From Azolla caroliniana (lineage: Eukaryota; Plantae; Polypodiophyta): a stretch of DNA of 64,000 nt. The DNA lies in contig JBHGNT010000017.1 of assembly GCA_043228905.1 (NCBI GenBank), positions 10,478,001-10,542,000 of the forward strand, given 5' to 3'. The notes below the pieces were generated by a model. The model was not told where the DNA came from. It saw only the letters and a list, made by a program, of their open reading frames with translations, and did not search any database. The position numbers and the translations under genes are program-made. Below are positions 10,076-22,384 of this stretch, piece after piece (positions within the stretch are counted from its first letter, which is position 1; each line of letters opens with the position of its first letter).

Positions 10076-11522
10076 GTCCACAACATCTCTTACTAGGGCT
10101 GTGCTGGCCTTCGGTTGTGCATCCGTTTCTGAAGCTTCCTTCTATAAATTAGCCGGTTCTGCCAGCTTTGTTTCGGAGGTTGTGCTTTGGCCCATCTTTG
10201 ACATGAGGACCCCGAACTCCTTAGCCCTTGCTAGCGCCTTCTCCAGGCTCCGAATCTCATATCTAGCCTTATCCAATTTGTTGATTGTTGTCAGCAATAG
10301 TTCCACTCGTCGCCGCACCACCTGTTGTTCTTCATCCATCTAGTCCACCACACCGAATACCTGCTTGCCAAGACATTCTAACCATTGTCGATAGGTTCTG
10401 TGCTCTGTGAGTGCAATGAACTGCTACACTGGCTCTGGTCGCTATTCTTCCTCCACCCTGAGCCATTGTGCAAACAACGCTTCTTGCTCCGGTGTCCTCT
10501 CTGATTGGCGTTCCTTTTGTTGTTGCTGCCCTAGAAGACCCGGTGAGGTAAGTCTTTCTGTATGCTTGTCTGGAAACCTGTGTGCTCTCAAAAGCCTCTG
10601 TTCACGAAATGACAATCCTTCATTCGTTCGGAAGCTTTGTGCCCCCATTTCTCTCAGCCGCCTCTTCTATATTCCCCCGCATGCACATTGTGTACAATCA
10701 TAGCATGAGTACGTCGCATGGTGCGCTTTAAATGGCCGACGTCACAACTTTTCATTGTGACCATTCAAAATCTCGAATAGTATCTTTTTTTTTTCTTCTT
10801 CCTTTGTTTTTGTCCACATGCAACTTTTGCATGATATTGTTTTTTTTTTTTTTTTTTCGTTTACGGCCTAAGGTACTAAGTGTCCGTTGTACCCAGTTGT
10901 ACCGGCTCCGTTGTCGTCAGAGAGTCATTGGCTACCTTTTGTCCTCCAAGTCCTCCAGTTCTTTGATCGGTTTCTCCGGCATCGGTTCTTTGTATAGTTT
11001 CAACTGGAAACTGTTAACCCATTTGTCTAATATCTCATCAGCCAGCGTGCCAAGTTGGTAAGACCCTTTGAACTCTCTTGTAATCTAGATTGGTCCGGTC
11101 CACCGGAACCACAGCTTCCCCGACATGCTACTCATCCGGGTCTAGAATACCAACACCGGCCTTCAGGTGCCGAAATCCTTCTCATTGTCGTGCCTATGCC
11201 AGTCCATGAAAGCTTTCCATCGTCTTTGCTCTAGTTCCAATTGCAACATGCTAGCTATCCGGTGTTCCTCTAGTTCACACAGTGTCACCAACTGGATCTT
11301 TTCAGACTCTTTTTCGCTCCATCACTCTCGGGCCAGGATTCATAAGCTAGGAATCTAGGACTCTAGAGGCATGACAACCTCCAACCTGAATGCCAATCAG
11401 AACGGGGTTGTCCATATACATGTTTAATACACCATATGATATGCCTATAGAGTTGTGTAACTTGGTGTCCCAGTCCGTCCGGTTTTCATTTACAATTTTC
11501 CAGAGAATGTTTTGCAACGTCT
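10076..11522 (-). mobile_element. 3' part of Athila-like host element H (integrase C-terminus plus extra ORF fragments)
   Basis: TLQNILWKIVNENRTDWDTKLH and WFRWTGP-type motifs; joins in frame with 52468 onward across TSD CGTCT. Confidence 0.8.
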
Positions 11523-11993
11523 TGTTAACCCCGTCTTCGGGAGCAACACCCTCAATTGTCCTTTCGGAAATCGGATCAAGGGGTTGTGGTACGTGGTGGA
11601 AAAACAAAAGGTGCATGAGATTGGCTTTGCAATTAGTGCCATGTAACGAAATGATTGGCGTCACATAGCTGTAAGAGACGATCTTAATTCAAGGACGAAC
11701 TTCTAAGCATGATCGTAAACCCAGAACGGAATAGACCCAAAAACCATATATATTTTGTCAGGAGTAGTCTTGAGACAGAGAAGAAATTAGTACTAAGAGG
11801 AACCAAGGGTGTAGAACACTCGAGAGAAGGAGAGAGAGAGCGAGAGATGCAGGGAGAGAAAAGGATGATGACAACGATATATTATGTGAGAAGAATATAC
11901 AAGGAAGGCTAGGAGGCTTAAGACTAGTGTTGAACCGATTTGGTTTGAAATAATGCCTTGTGCCTCCTTTTATAGTGTTCTCAGGAGTAGTCC

Positions 11994-12014
11994 GGAAGCT
12001 TCTAGAATGTTCTA
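11994..12014. promoter_or_regulatory. Heat-shock element (four alternating nGAAn units) in the C LTR
   Basis: gGAAgcTTCtaGAAtgTTCta, about 20 nt upstream of the minus-strand TATAAAA (11974-11968). Confidence 0.65.
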
Positions 12015-12778
12015 GAGAAATCTGGAACATACATTTATTTTCTATAGTAAAACTTAAATAAAAATAATGTCTTACGTTGTCGAGGTATTCCTCGCGGATG
12101 CGTGGAATGAGGTGGAACCTCGGGGGTCCTGTACCAAAGAGCAAGAGAGGAGGGGAAGAATCCCTCTACGTGCGAGCGTAGATCCACAGGGACACGGCCC
12201 TTCGATGCAAAGACGCAAGTGGGACAACGACACAGAAAGACACGAATGTATGTATGTATTGACAAAGACAAACAACAAGAACACGAAGACAACAAAACAC
12301 GACGTCGGTTACAACCGAACAGGCCGGCGAACAGATGCCGATACCTGCTCGTAAACGTACTGAGAGGAAGGAGTAGGTTGGAGGTGCTGCCGGAAGCACT
12401 CGGGCATTCCTCAGAGCAGCGCGAGCCTCCCGAAACCTGCACAGAAGGAAGCTATGGCGTTTGCAAACCAGAGAGAGAGAGAGAGCCTTCGCACGCAAAC
12501 CGACAACACTTCGTCCTCGACTCTCCGCGATCCCCTTTCCCTTCTCGTCTCCCTCCTTTATATAGGCAAGGAAGGAGCCGTTTCCCCTTTACTTCCTACC
12601 CACTAAATCTACCCGCCTAGGATCTTCTATGGACAACATTCGAGAAGAGCCGGTTCCTACGCTCCTGTGCACCGATTCCGCTTGTGGACGGTTTTCTTCA
12701 CGACATCCGCCCCCACCTAACCGCGCATCCACCGGCATGCGCCAAATTGAGTTGGGACGGAGAAAACCGGTCCAGCCT

Positions 12779-15700
12779 TCATTCCCCGCCCGTTGGTTCT
12801 TCCTCGGTTTCGGATCGTTCGTCGTCGCGGTCCAGGCCAACCGGATCTGGCTCGTCATCGTGACGCTTCTTGAACGCTTTGATCCGCTTCCCTGCTACCG
12901 GTATCGCCATTCTCGTACCGTCGAGTTCCGCTAGATGGTACGTCCCGTTGTCGTTGGCGCTTTGTACCACGTAAGGCCCGAACCACCTTCTTGCGAACTT
13001 CCGTGTCACTCGGTGCTGGTTGTCGAGGCTGCTGTCGTAGACTAGCACCCAGTCGCCTTCCTCGATCCTCTTCGGTCAGAGCCGGTGCGTTCGGTCGAAC
13101 CGGGCTTTGTTCCTCGTCCTTCCCACTCGAAGCTTTCCCGCGGCCTACTCCACGTCCTCTGGTCTTCGCTCGAGCTGTCGTATGCGCACCGCCAACAGTT
13201 CCTCTCGGCTCATCTCGTCTCTCCAGTCCACGGTTGCCCATGAGGAGATCGTACGTTCCATCGGCATGATCGGCTTCTGCCCAAACATCAGCTCTGCCGG
13301 CATGAATCCGGTTACTGAACTGTGCGTAGTTCGGTCCGCCCACAACGCGTAAGGCAACAGCCGCGGCCAGTTCCCGACTTGACCTCCGCATGCCCGAACC
13401 AACGCCTTGACGATCGGTCCGTGTCCGTGCTCCACCTTCCCATTCGCCTCCGGATTGTATGCAGTGGTAAGCGAGAGCTTGACTCCTAGCCGGTCGAACA
13501 GCTCCTGGGCCTCTTCAGCGTCCAACTCCCCGCGATCAGCCACGATCTTCCCGACGCACCCGTACCGGCATATCACGTCCTCTATCAGGAACCGACACAC
13601 GGCCGCAGTCGATTTGTTCTGAAGGGCTCGGCCTTCTACCTGGTTCGTCAGATCTTCCCGAGCCAGGACCAAATACTGCATCTGTCCTACTCCCATCGGC
13701 AGCGTCACCAGATCTACCATCCATTTGAAGTGGATGGTCGGAGGGTACGTAGGGTGAAGCTCGTCCCGATGTCGGACTATGGAGTGCATCTGACAGTTCT
13801 CGCAAGTTGTCACGAACCGATGCACCAGTACAACCCCGGCCACCAGTACTTCCCCTTTATCTTCTTGAACGTGGCCCACGTTCCACGGTGTCCAGCCCAA
13901 GGGCTGTCGTGGTAGGCCGTCAGAAGCTCCTCCTGTTCTTCCTTCATCCCTACCACCCGGAGCGGGACGCCGTTCCTCTTCTTTGGGTGCTTCCATAAGT
14001 ATCCGTCCTGGAGAAAGAATCGGTATGCTTTCTTCCGGATCCGGTTTGCCTCGTCCCTCGTCCATGACGCATCCGGCGTCATCGTCCTCAAAAACCCACC
14101 AATTTGGAGCCACTCGCCGTCGTACTTGCTCTCGTCGAAGTCGTTAAGTGCCGGAGTGCTCGTCCCATCGGCCGTTACGTATGCTGCCTCGAAGAAGTCC
14201 ATGCCGACTTCTTCGTCCTCCGAAACCATGCCGCCCTCGTCATCAAACCTTGCCCTCGAAAGCATGTCGGCCATGGCGTTGTCCTTTCCGGAAATGTGCC
14301 GTATTTTCGGGTCCAGGGACTTGATGTACGCTATCCACCTGAGCATCGCCAGGTCCGGTGTCGCGCATCCGGAAACCATGCCGAGAATCGGCAGGCAATC
14401 CGTCTCGATAACCACTTCTGTCCCGATCAAGTAGTCTTTGTCGGCCTTTACTGCCGAAACAATACCCCAGAGTTCGCGTTTAACCTGGGCGTACCCTCGC
14501 TGTCGTTCACTGAGAACCTTCGCGCCGAATCGGATCGGGAACCGAATGCCGTCCTCGTCTTCTTGGTTGACAACCCACCCGATCCCGGTCGGACTCGTAT
14601 CCACTGTTATCTATACTGGGGTACCTTTCTCGTAGACAGCCTTCCGAAGCGCCGGTGCTGCCGCAAGAGCTTCCTTCAGCTTCCGTACCGAATCCTGTGC
14701 TCGTCTCGCCACTCGAATTTTCGCCCTTTCTTCAGCAACCCGTATAGCGGCTCCGCCACGTGGGCGTAATGCGGGATCCATATGTGGTACAACGCACATG
14801 CCCCCAGGAACCTCCGAACTTCCGTCACCGAGCTACAATCGGTCTTCATCGCGGAGATGGCTTCTACCTTTGCCGGAGACGGCTTCCGGCCATAGGGTCC
14901 ACATAGGTGTCCGACCACCAGGATTTCCGATTGCCCGAAGGCCGATTTCTCCCCGGAGAAGGTGAGCCTCGCATCCTCTAGCCTTTGTAGCACCTTCTCG
15001 CAGTCGTCGATGTGTGTCGCCACGAATCGCCGGCATCCGTCCGGCCCGACTGTCTCGTCCTTCTCTTCCAGATAGGGAAACGGCATGGTGATGTCCGGGA
15101 TGCAATCCCTCAGTACCTTGTTCATTGCACACCGAGTTGGTCCCTCCTTGTGGCAGGGTACACATTCGCACTAGGCCGAGGGGAGTTCGCATCGTCGTAA
15201 TGTCTCTGCTCTCCACGGCTAGCTGGAACTAGTCGTACCCCGAGTACAGATCACCGACCGAGTAAATCGACCTTCCGGCGAAGGCCTCCGCGAACTCGTC
15301 TATGGTCGGTCCGATTCCTGCGTTCCGAATGGTCACTCTGTTGACTGGCTGCAGGTCTTGAATGAAGCGCATCGTTCCGTTTTTCTTTGGTACGGTAAAC
15401 CATCGGTTCGAGTAAGGGGCACTCGACGGTTCGAGAATGCCCATATCTACTTTCTGCCTCAATAGCTCCATCAACTTCGGGATGTGAGCTCTCGGTACCG
15501 GGATCGGCTTGAGATTCCACGGCACATGCGGTACCGTGAATATCACCATCGGCTCCACGATCATCGGGTCTACGCACCCGATCTCTTCCGGTGAGAATGC
15601 GAAGGCTTTCCCGTGCCTTCCGAGCATCCTCCGAAACCGGTCTTCCTCCGCCGGCAGTAGGAACCCGCCCCCACCGATTTTGAGCTCCCGGAGCGTCCCG

Positions 15701-16224
15701 TCGGTGAAGGTGTGTCCTATGCAGGCCGGATCTCGTAAACTGGGGTCCGACGCAACCCCTCTGATCCGGGACTCGCTGCCCTCCGGTAAGGGTGCCGCGA
15801 CTGGCCTTACCTTCCGGTCTTCGTTAACTCGGGCCGTCCGATCCGACCCGAGCCCCCGACTGAAGTTCGCGATGACTTCGTACATCTCTTCGGAACATAC
15901 CGGTATCGTCCGGTCTTCGTTAAGGTCTTCTCCGGCAACCTTCCTCAGCATCCCCAAGGTGTCGTCGAAGGAGACCGCCTCCACGGCTCCGCTGATTTCC
16001 TCGTCCGGGCCGAGAACTCCGCACGCTCGAAGTCGCACTTCCGCCCTTGTCTTTTCTCGCCCAACGATGCCGACTATCATGCACCCTCCGTTGCCGGAGA
16101 AGCAGAATTTTCTACCTATCGTACAAGGTTTCTTCGGTTTCGGTTCTATCGTACAGCTGTGGGGTCTTTCCCGAGTGTCCGGACTGTCTCGGCCCCACGC
16201 CTTGGCAGCCCTCTCTAAAAATCC
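12779..16224 (-). pseudogene. D pol (RT, RNase H, integrase) with small deletions, frameshifts and stops
   Basis: FIQDLQPVN, GDLYSGY, PQGGTNS, DTSPTG, YNPEANGKVE, WFGPY. Confidence 0.92.
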
Positions 16225-18339
16225 TCCCGGTTCTCGCCACCGAGGGATTCGCGGTTCCGCTCGTGGTTCGGTCTCACGGTCAGAAATTGGACCGAATGGC
16301 GCCCGTCCTGGCTTTTGACCTTTGCGTAGGCCGAACCGTTGTCTAGCACCTTGGTCTCCATTCGCGCCGCCGTGATGTATGGTTCACCTAATATGACCGG
16401 GTGCGAAGATGTTTCCTGTACGAAGAAGTGCTGGTCAATCTCGACGTCGCCGATCTTGACTCGCACGTTCGGGCAGGCCCCATGCAGTTCCTCGGTGGCG
16501 CGCGTCGTCGCCCGTATCTTCCACCCGTGCTTGGTGTTGATCGGCCACTTCCCCTTCTTATAGAAGTCCATGGACATTAGGTTTATTTCCGAACCGTGGT
16601 CCACCAACGCCACCACCGGTTCCCGAACATCTCCGATCTTTACCGGGGTCTCTGTGGTCGCTCGGGCCCAGTGTGGCCTCGAATAGTGGCTCTCCGCCCA
16701 CTCATTTGCCAGCGCCGAGTCATCAATGTGCGTCGTCCGCACCTCTACCGGTCTTTCCGGATCCGTCTCCGTCGACAGCCTCTTCCGTTTCACCAAGTCT
16801 ACAATGGATTCATGGAACTCCTTCTTGGCGATCCCTAGCACCTCCCGCAATGACAGCTCCACCTTGCTGTCGAGGATCCATTCCTCTAGGACCTTCCGTA
16901 GGTCCGTAGTCCTTTCTATTTCCGTCCCCAGTCGGTATCCGCCCTTCCTGGGGTTATCTTGCGAGTTGGGCCCGCCGGCATCGTTCCGTCGTTGCCCGAA
17001 TCGGGTCTCGTACCGTTGTGAAGGCCCGGCCGCTCCGGCTTTCCTACTCGTTTGTCTTCTACCAGAGCCTCGTAGTTCTGGCAGGCGGCTTCTACGAAGC
17101 CCGTCTTCTCCTCGACCGGATCGCTCCACCCGATTATTTCCCGGACCCATCTCTCAGCGCGGTCCGTTTCATCCTTCTTCAACCGTGCGCCGGCAAGACC
17201 TTCCAGCATTGTCGACCAGAATCCGTCTTTGCCCTCCTTTCGGGCCTCGCTGCCCCTGACCTGAATGCCGGCCAACGCCGAGTAGTGGATGGCCTCCACG
17301 TGTCGGGCCGCTGCCTCTTCCATCAGTCTCTTCATACCTCCTCGTCCGTCGTTTCGGTTTAGGGCCCTTCTGGTGTCGCCGGCGTGCACCCGGCCTTCCC
17401 ACAGGTACACCACCCGGTTCCTCAACGCTTCTGCGAAATCGCCGCAGTCCTTCCGGATGTGGACGACCTCGTCGCACCACATGCACCTGTTCCCTACTGC
17501 CGGCCGTCGGTCACGAGCCGGTTCGCCGCCTTCCCTTCGAGTCTGGGCGATCTGGAGATCCTTTATCGCCCGCGTCAACTCCTCCAGCGCTGCTCCTCCG
17601 GGCGAGCCACTGACCATGCCGGTCGTAGCCGAGCTAGTTTCGAGCCATTCCCGGGTTTCTTCCCTTCGCCCTTGCGGTGTTGGTTCAAGCCTCCTTGCTG
17701 TGACAAACCCCGCACCGGCCGCCCCGTTATCAGCCCATTCTCACCGTTTGTCGAAACGGCCACAGACTCTCTTAACCTCTTCCCAGTCGGTCGTCAGCCC
17801 GTCTTCGGTTTCCAGCAAGGAGCCAACATGATCCCGGTCCCGCTTGTCCACCGTCTTGACGAACAGCAGGACCTAGCTCGTATCTAGAATGGTTCGGTCA
17901 AGCGCCGAAAGGCGCGCAAAGCGTTCTTCGAACTCCCGGAGGAGTGCCGGCGCGTTTCTTCCCTTGCCGGGGGACTCCACCATTCCATGAAGTCTCGTTT
18001 CGAAAGCCGGAGCGCGTCGTCCAGCCCGTATTTTTCCAGGAGTCGGCCTTCGAACTCCTCCCAGGTACGGCTCTCCGCCCGCACCTCGAGCACCTCCGCA
18101 TGGATGCTCGGCATCGCCACTCGAGGAAACCCGGCAAGACGCCTCTCTTCCGGAATGTCCTGCATCAACATTTCTGCCCCGTAGGACGCCAAATACTTCG
18201 TGGCATCCTTTCCGCTGAACCGGCCGATCGTACCGACGACCGCCTCAATGGCTCTGTCGAGGGCGCCGGAGCCCTCGCGTGCGCTCAGTATCCGATCCAC
18301 GGCCGAAGCCATGGCCTCTGCAAGATCCGACCCTTTCAT
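16215..18339 (-). pseudogene. D gag-protease
   Basis: CMWCDEVVHIRKDC knuckle; ALVDHGSEINL and HPVILG protease motifs. Confidence 0.88.
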
Positions 18340-18362
18340 CTTCTGCTCTTCTGCCGCCTCTT

Positions 18363-18379
18363 TCACGTCGGGTTCACCA
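18363..18379 (-). promoter_or_regulatory. PBS complementary to the tRNA-Trp 3' end
   Basis: TGGTGAACCCGACGTGA; the same motif occurs at 23168, 46387 and 49374. Confidence 0.8.
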
Positions 18380-18998
18380 AGATGTCGAGGTATTCCTCGC
18401 GGATGCGTGGAATGAGGTGGAACCTTGGGGGTCCTGTACCAAAGAGCAAGAGAGGAGGGGAAGAATCCCTCTACGTGCGAGCGTAGATCCACAGGGACAC
18501 GGCCCTTCGACGCAAAGACGCAAGTGGGACAGCGACACAGAAAGACACGAATGTATGTATGTATTGACAAAGACAAACAACAAGAACACGAAGACAACAA
18601 AACACGATGTCGGTTACAACCGAACATGCCGGCGAACAGATGCCGATACCTGCTCGTAAACGCACTGAGAGGAAGGAGTAGGTTGGAGGTGCTGCCGGAA
18701 GCACTCGGGCATTCCTCAGAGCAGCGCGAGCCTCCCGAAACCTGCATAGAAGGAAGCTATGGCGTTTGCAAACCAGAGAGAGAGAGAGAGCCTTCGCACG
18801 CAAACCGACAGCACTTCGTCCTCGACTCTCCGCGATCCCCTTTCCCTTCTCGTCTCCCTCCTTTTTATAGGCAAGGAAGGAGCCGTTTCCCCTTTACTTC
18901 CTACCCACTAAATCTACCCGCCTAGGATCTTCTATGGACAACATTCGAGAAGAGCCGGTTCCCTGTAACATAAGGTCATGGGATCTAGTCTTGCCATA

Positions 18999-20430
18999 TC
19001 ATGACACTATCCCCCTTTTAAAATGATGAGTGTCACGAGTCATTTTAGATTGAGGACCTGGTTTATCTGGATATTGACGATGGAAGTCTTCAAGAAGAGC
19101 ACAAGCATTGGTCACATTCTCTATTGGTTCCAAAGTACGCTCGCTGGGACTATATCCTAGCCAATCGACTAAATAGTAGAGCTTGTTGCGAACAATCTTG
19201 GAATGGACAATGGCGACAACATCGTACTCAGGTCCTTCTTCAAGTTTGATTGGGGGTGGAGGTTGTGGAATACGTCCTGGAATGGTGCTGTCCTGATAGG
19301 GTTCGAGGAGAGAACTATGAAACACTAGATGTATGCAAAGTTGCAGGGGTAGATCGAGACGAAAAGCGACATCATTAATCTTTTCGATAATACGGAAAGG
19401 ACCTAATCACCGATAATCCAACTTCTCGCATGGGCGAGTAGTCTTGATGTGTCGTCATAGTAGCCATACCCGATCTCCAATGTTAAAACTGGATGGAAGC
19501 CGATGACGATCCGCGTAAACCTTGTGTGTTTGTTGAGCTTGTTGTAGATGAGTAGATAAATATGCTTGTATCTTGCATAATCGCTCCAAACGATCCTCTA
19601 CGCAAGGATTTGTCGGTAACTATGGGGTTTCCAATACACACCACCGGGGGTGACAACTTGTATAAGCATAAAATGGCGTAAATTTAGTCAATGAGTGGAC
19701 AGAGTTATTATAGGCAAATTCCGCGGAGTGGAGAATATCCACCCAGTCATCTTGATGATAGCTTAGAAAGCACCGAAGATACTACTCCAGCGTTTGATTT
19801 GTTCGTTCTGCTTAGCCCTAGGTTTGCAGGTGGTAGCCGGAGGAGAGGTTACAAGTGACCTTGAGCATTTAAAAAAGGTGCTTCCAGAATTTCGAGACGA
19901 ACTAGGGTCCACGGTCGCTGATGATATTATCAGGAAGGCCATCATGCCGACATACTTCACGCATGACAATTTCGGCGGTTTCTTCACTGGAGATTTCCTT
20001 AGTACATGGTAGGAAATGAGTCATCTTCGTATATCGATCTACTACTGTTAAAATCGCATTGAATCCCTTAGAGACCGGAAGATCTGTGATGAAATCTAGA
20101 GCAATGGATTGCCATGGCTTGCTTGGATTTTGGTAATGGTTCTAATAAACCATATGGATGATGCCTTGGCATTTTTTATCTATAACATGTATCACAAGTC
20201 CGAACAAAATCTTCAACAAATCGTCGCATACACGGCCACCAAGATGATTGTTGTACTAAATCTAATATCTTAGTACTACCAAAATGCCTACCTCATGATA
20301 GTTTTGGACTACTCGAAGGTGGCAAGAACCATTAGGAACATACAAGAGTTTCTTAAAGAATAGTAATCCATCATGACATTCGAATAGTCGATAGTCTGTA
20401 CCTGGTTGTTGCGACTGTGAACAAGATGCT
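18999..20430 (-). pseudogene. C integrase with GPY/F region and chromodomain
   Basis: FHSSLLEPY..EYDVVAIVHSKIVRNKLYYLVDWLGYSPSERTLEP. Confidence 0.9.
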
Positions 20431-20437
20431 CAAATTG

Positions 20438-21508
20438 TTGCATGTGAAATTTGAGGCTAGAAAACAGAAATAGTGAGGAAAAGAAAAGTCAACTCATATA
20501 GAAAAGCTTTCTTTTAGGGGAAAAAGGCAAGCAATCCTAAACCTATAAATAAGAGCCTATTCTAGTGAAGAAGCTCTACTCAATCGGAAAGCGGAAGAAG
20601 AAGGATCAACAACATCGAGAAGCATCATCAACAAAGAAACTCCTTCTATACTCCACTCTCTTCTTTCCTCCATCTCTCTTTCCCCATTCATTTATAAACA
20701 ATCCTTCATATTCGCATCCAACCCATTATAACATGATTCTTATATTATAAAAGAATCTATTATATTGATATAAACTAATGTTTTCTTTCATCTACTTGTC
20801 TTATGTGTAAATCTTGATTGTGCTTATTTGTTATCGTCATTTGTGCCTGTTTGTTGTGTGTCTTGTGACAAGGGAGCAATTCGGGCTTGGCCATGCACCT
20901 CTCCTTTCCCAAAGGCATTCAAACCTACGTGTCTTATATGTTATCTTTGTTTCTGCTTATTTGTTTGTGTGTCTTGTGACAAGGGAGCGTTTCAGGCTTG
21001 GCCATGCACCTCTCCTTTCCCAAAGGCATTCAAACCTACGTGTCTTATATGTTATCTTCGTTTCTGCTTATTTGTTTGTGTGTCTTGTGACAAGGGAGCG
21101 TTTCGGGTTTGCCCATGCACCTCTCCTTTCACAAAGGCATTCAAACGTACGTGTCTTGCGTGTTAGTGTAATTCTTGCTTGTGTGTTCATGGAAGTTGTG
21201 GCAAGGGAGTGTTCGGGCTTGCCCATGCACCTCTCCTTTCATAAAGGCATTTGAAATCGGGTCTTGCATGTTAGTGTAAATATTTCTTGTGTGTTCATGC
21301 AAGTTGTGGCAAGGGAGCGTTCGGGCTTGCCCATGCACCTCTCCTTTCTCAAAGGTGTTCGAAATCATGTCTTACGTGTTAGTGTAAATCTTACTTGTGT
21401 GTTCGTGAGACTTGTGGTAAGGGAGCATTCGGGCTTGCCCATGCACCTCTCTTTTCGCAAAGGCATTTGAAATTCGGTCTCTCGTGACAAGGGAGCGTTC
21501 GGGCTTCC
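20438..21508 (+). repeat. Internal fragment of a Y-family LTR with about 7 units of the 110-bp repeat; both ends missing
   Basis: Collinear with about 2637-3590. Confidence 0.85.
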
Positions 21509-22384
21509 CTAGACAATATGTAATTTTCAAGTCGAAACGCGTGAGGAATTGGGCCCACCGAGGTTGACGTTGATTTAACACACGAGCACTCTAAAAGTAG
21601 GCAAGGTTTTTTGTGATCACTAAATACAGTGACTTGATGAGAGGATCCCTCTAGAAAATGCCTCCATTGCGTAAAAGAGTCCACGATTGCTAATAGCTCC
21701 TTATCATGAATTTCATAGTTGATTTCGGTGGCGTCAAACTTGTGTGAGTGGAAAGCCACATAATGTAAGTCATGATAGAATGCTACCCAATGCGAAATCT
21801 AACATGTTTGCTTCCATGATGAATCATTTTTCCAGATCAACGTGAGTTAGAATAGGAGCCAATGTAAATGCCTTCTTAAGATTCTCAAAAGCCATGTCCG
21901 CTTCTTCAGACCAAATGAATGATTGTCCCTTCTTAGTAAGTTGTGTGAGAGGGAGAACAAGCTTTGAGTAATCATGTATAAACTTGCGATAGAAATTGGC
22001 AAAGCCTAAAAACCATTGCACATCTCGCAATGGACACAGAGTTTGCCACTCTACCACCGTTTTGACCTTAGCTGGATCCATGGAGATGCCTTCTGAAGAG
22101 ATGACATAACACAAAAATTCCACCTGGTTGCCCTCGAAACTACATTTTTCTAGCTTTGCATAAACACCATGTTCTCGAAGTGGTTTTAGTACTAATAGTA
22201 CATGAGAGTCATGCTCTTCTTGGGCCTTCGAATAAACCAGTAGATCATCCAAATAGGTGATCAAACAAACATCGAAGAGATCTTGGACTATATCATTTTC
22301 CATGTGCTCGAAGACTGTTGGCGCATTAGTGAGGCCGAACGGCATGACCGTATACTCGAAGTGCCCATATCTGGTGCGAAACGC
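21509..22384 (-). pseudogene. C RT C-terminus and RNase H
   Basis: TAFRTRYGHFEYTVMPFGLTNAP, TYLDD, FLGFANFYR, NYEIHDKELLAIV. Confidence 0.92.

Larger units (their letters stand above)
12078..18962 (-). mobile_element. Gypsy element D (Phygy-like, tRNA-Trp primed); 5' LTR end deleted
   Basis: LTRs 12078-12705 and 18383-18962 with about 9 differences; PBS 18379-18363; hairpin and PPT 12706-12742. Confidence 0.92.

Noticed and set aside
15509-16318. Long antisense ORFs over D and the Copia elements
   Set aside because: Expected shadows of GC-rich coding sequence with no independent motifs
17884-18747. 287-aa ORF starting inside the D LTR
   Set aside because: Fortuitous extension through the LTR and PBS; gag more likely starts at the ATG at 18339
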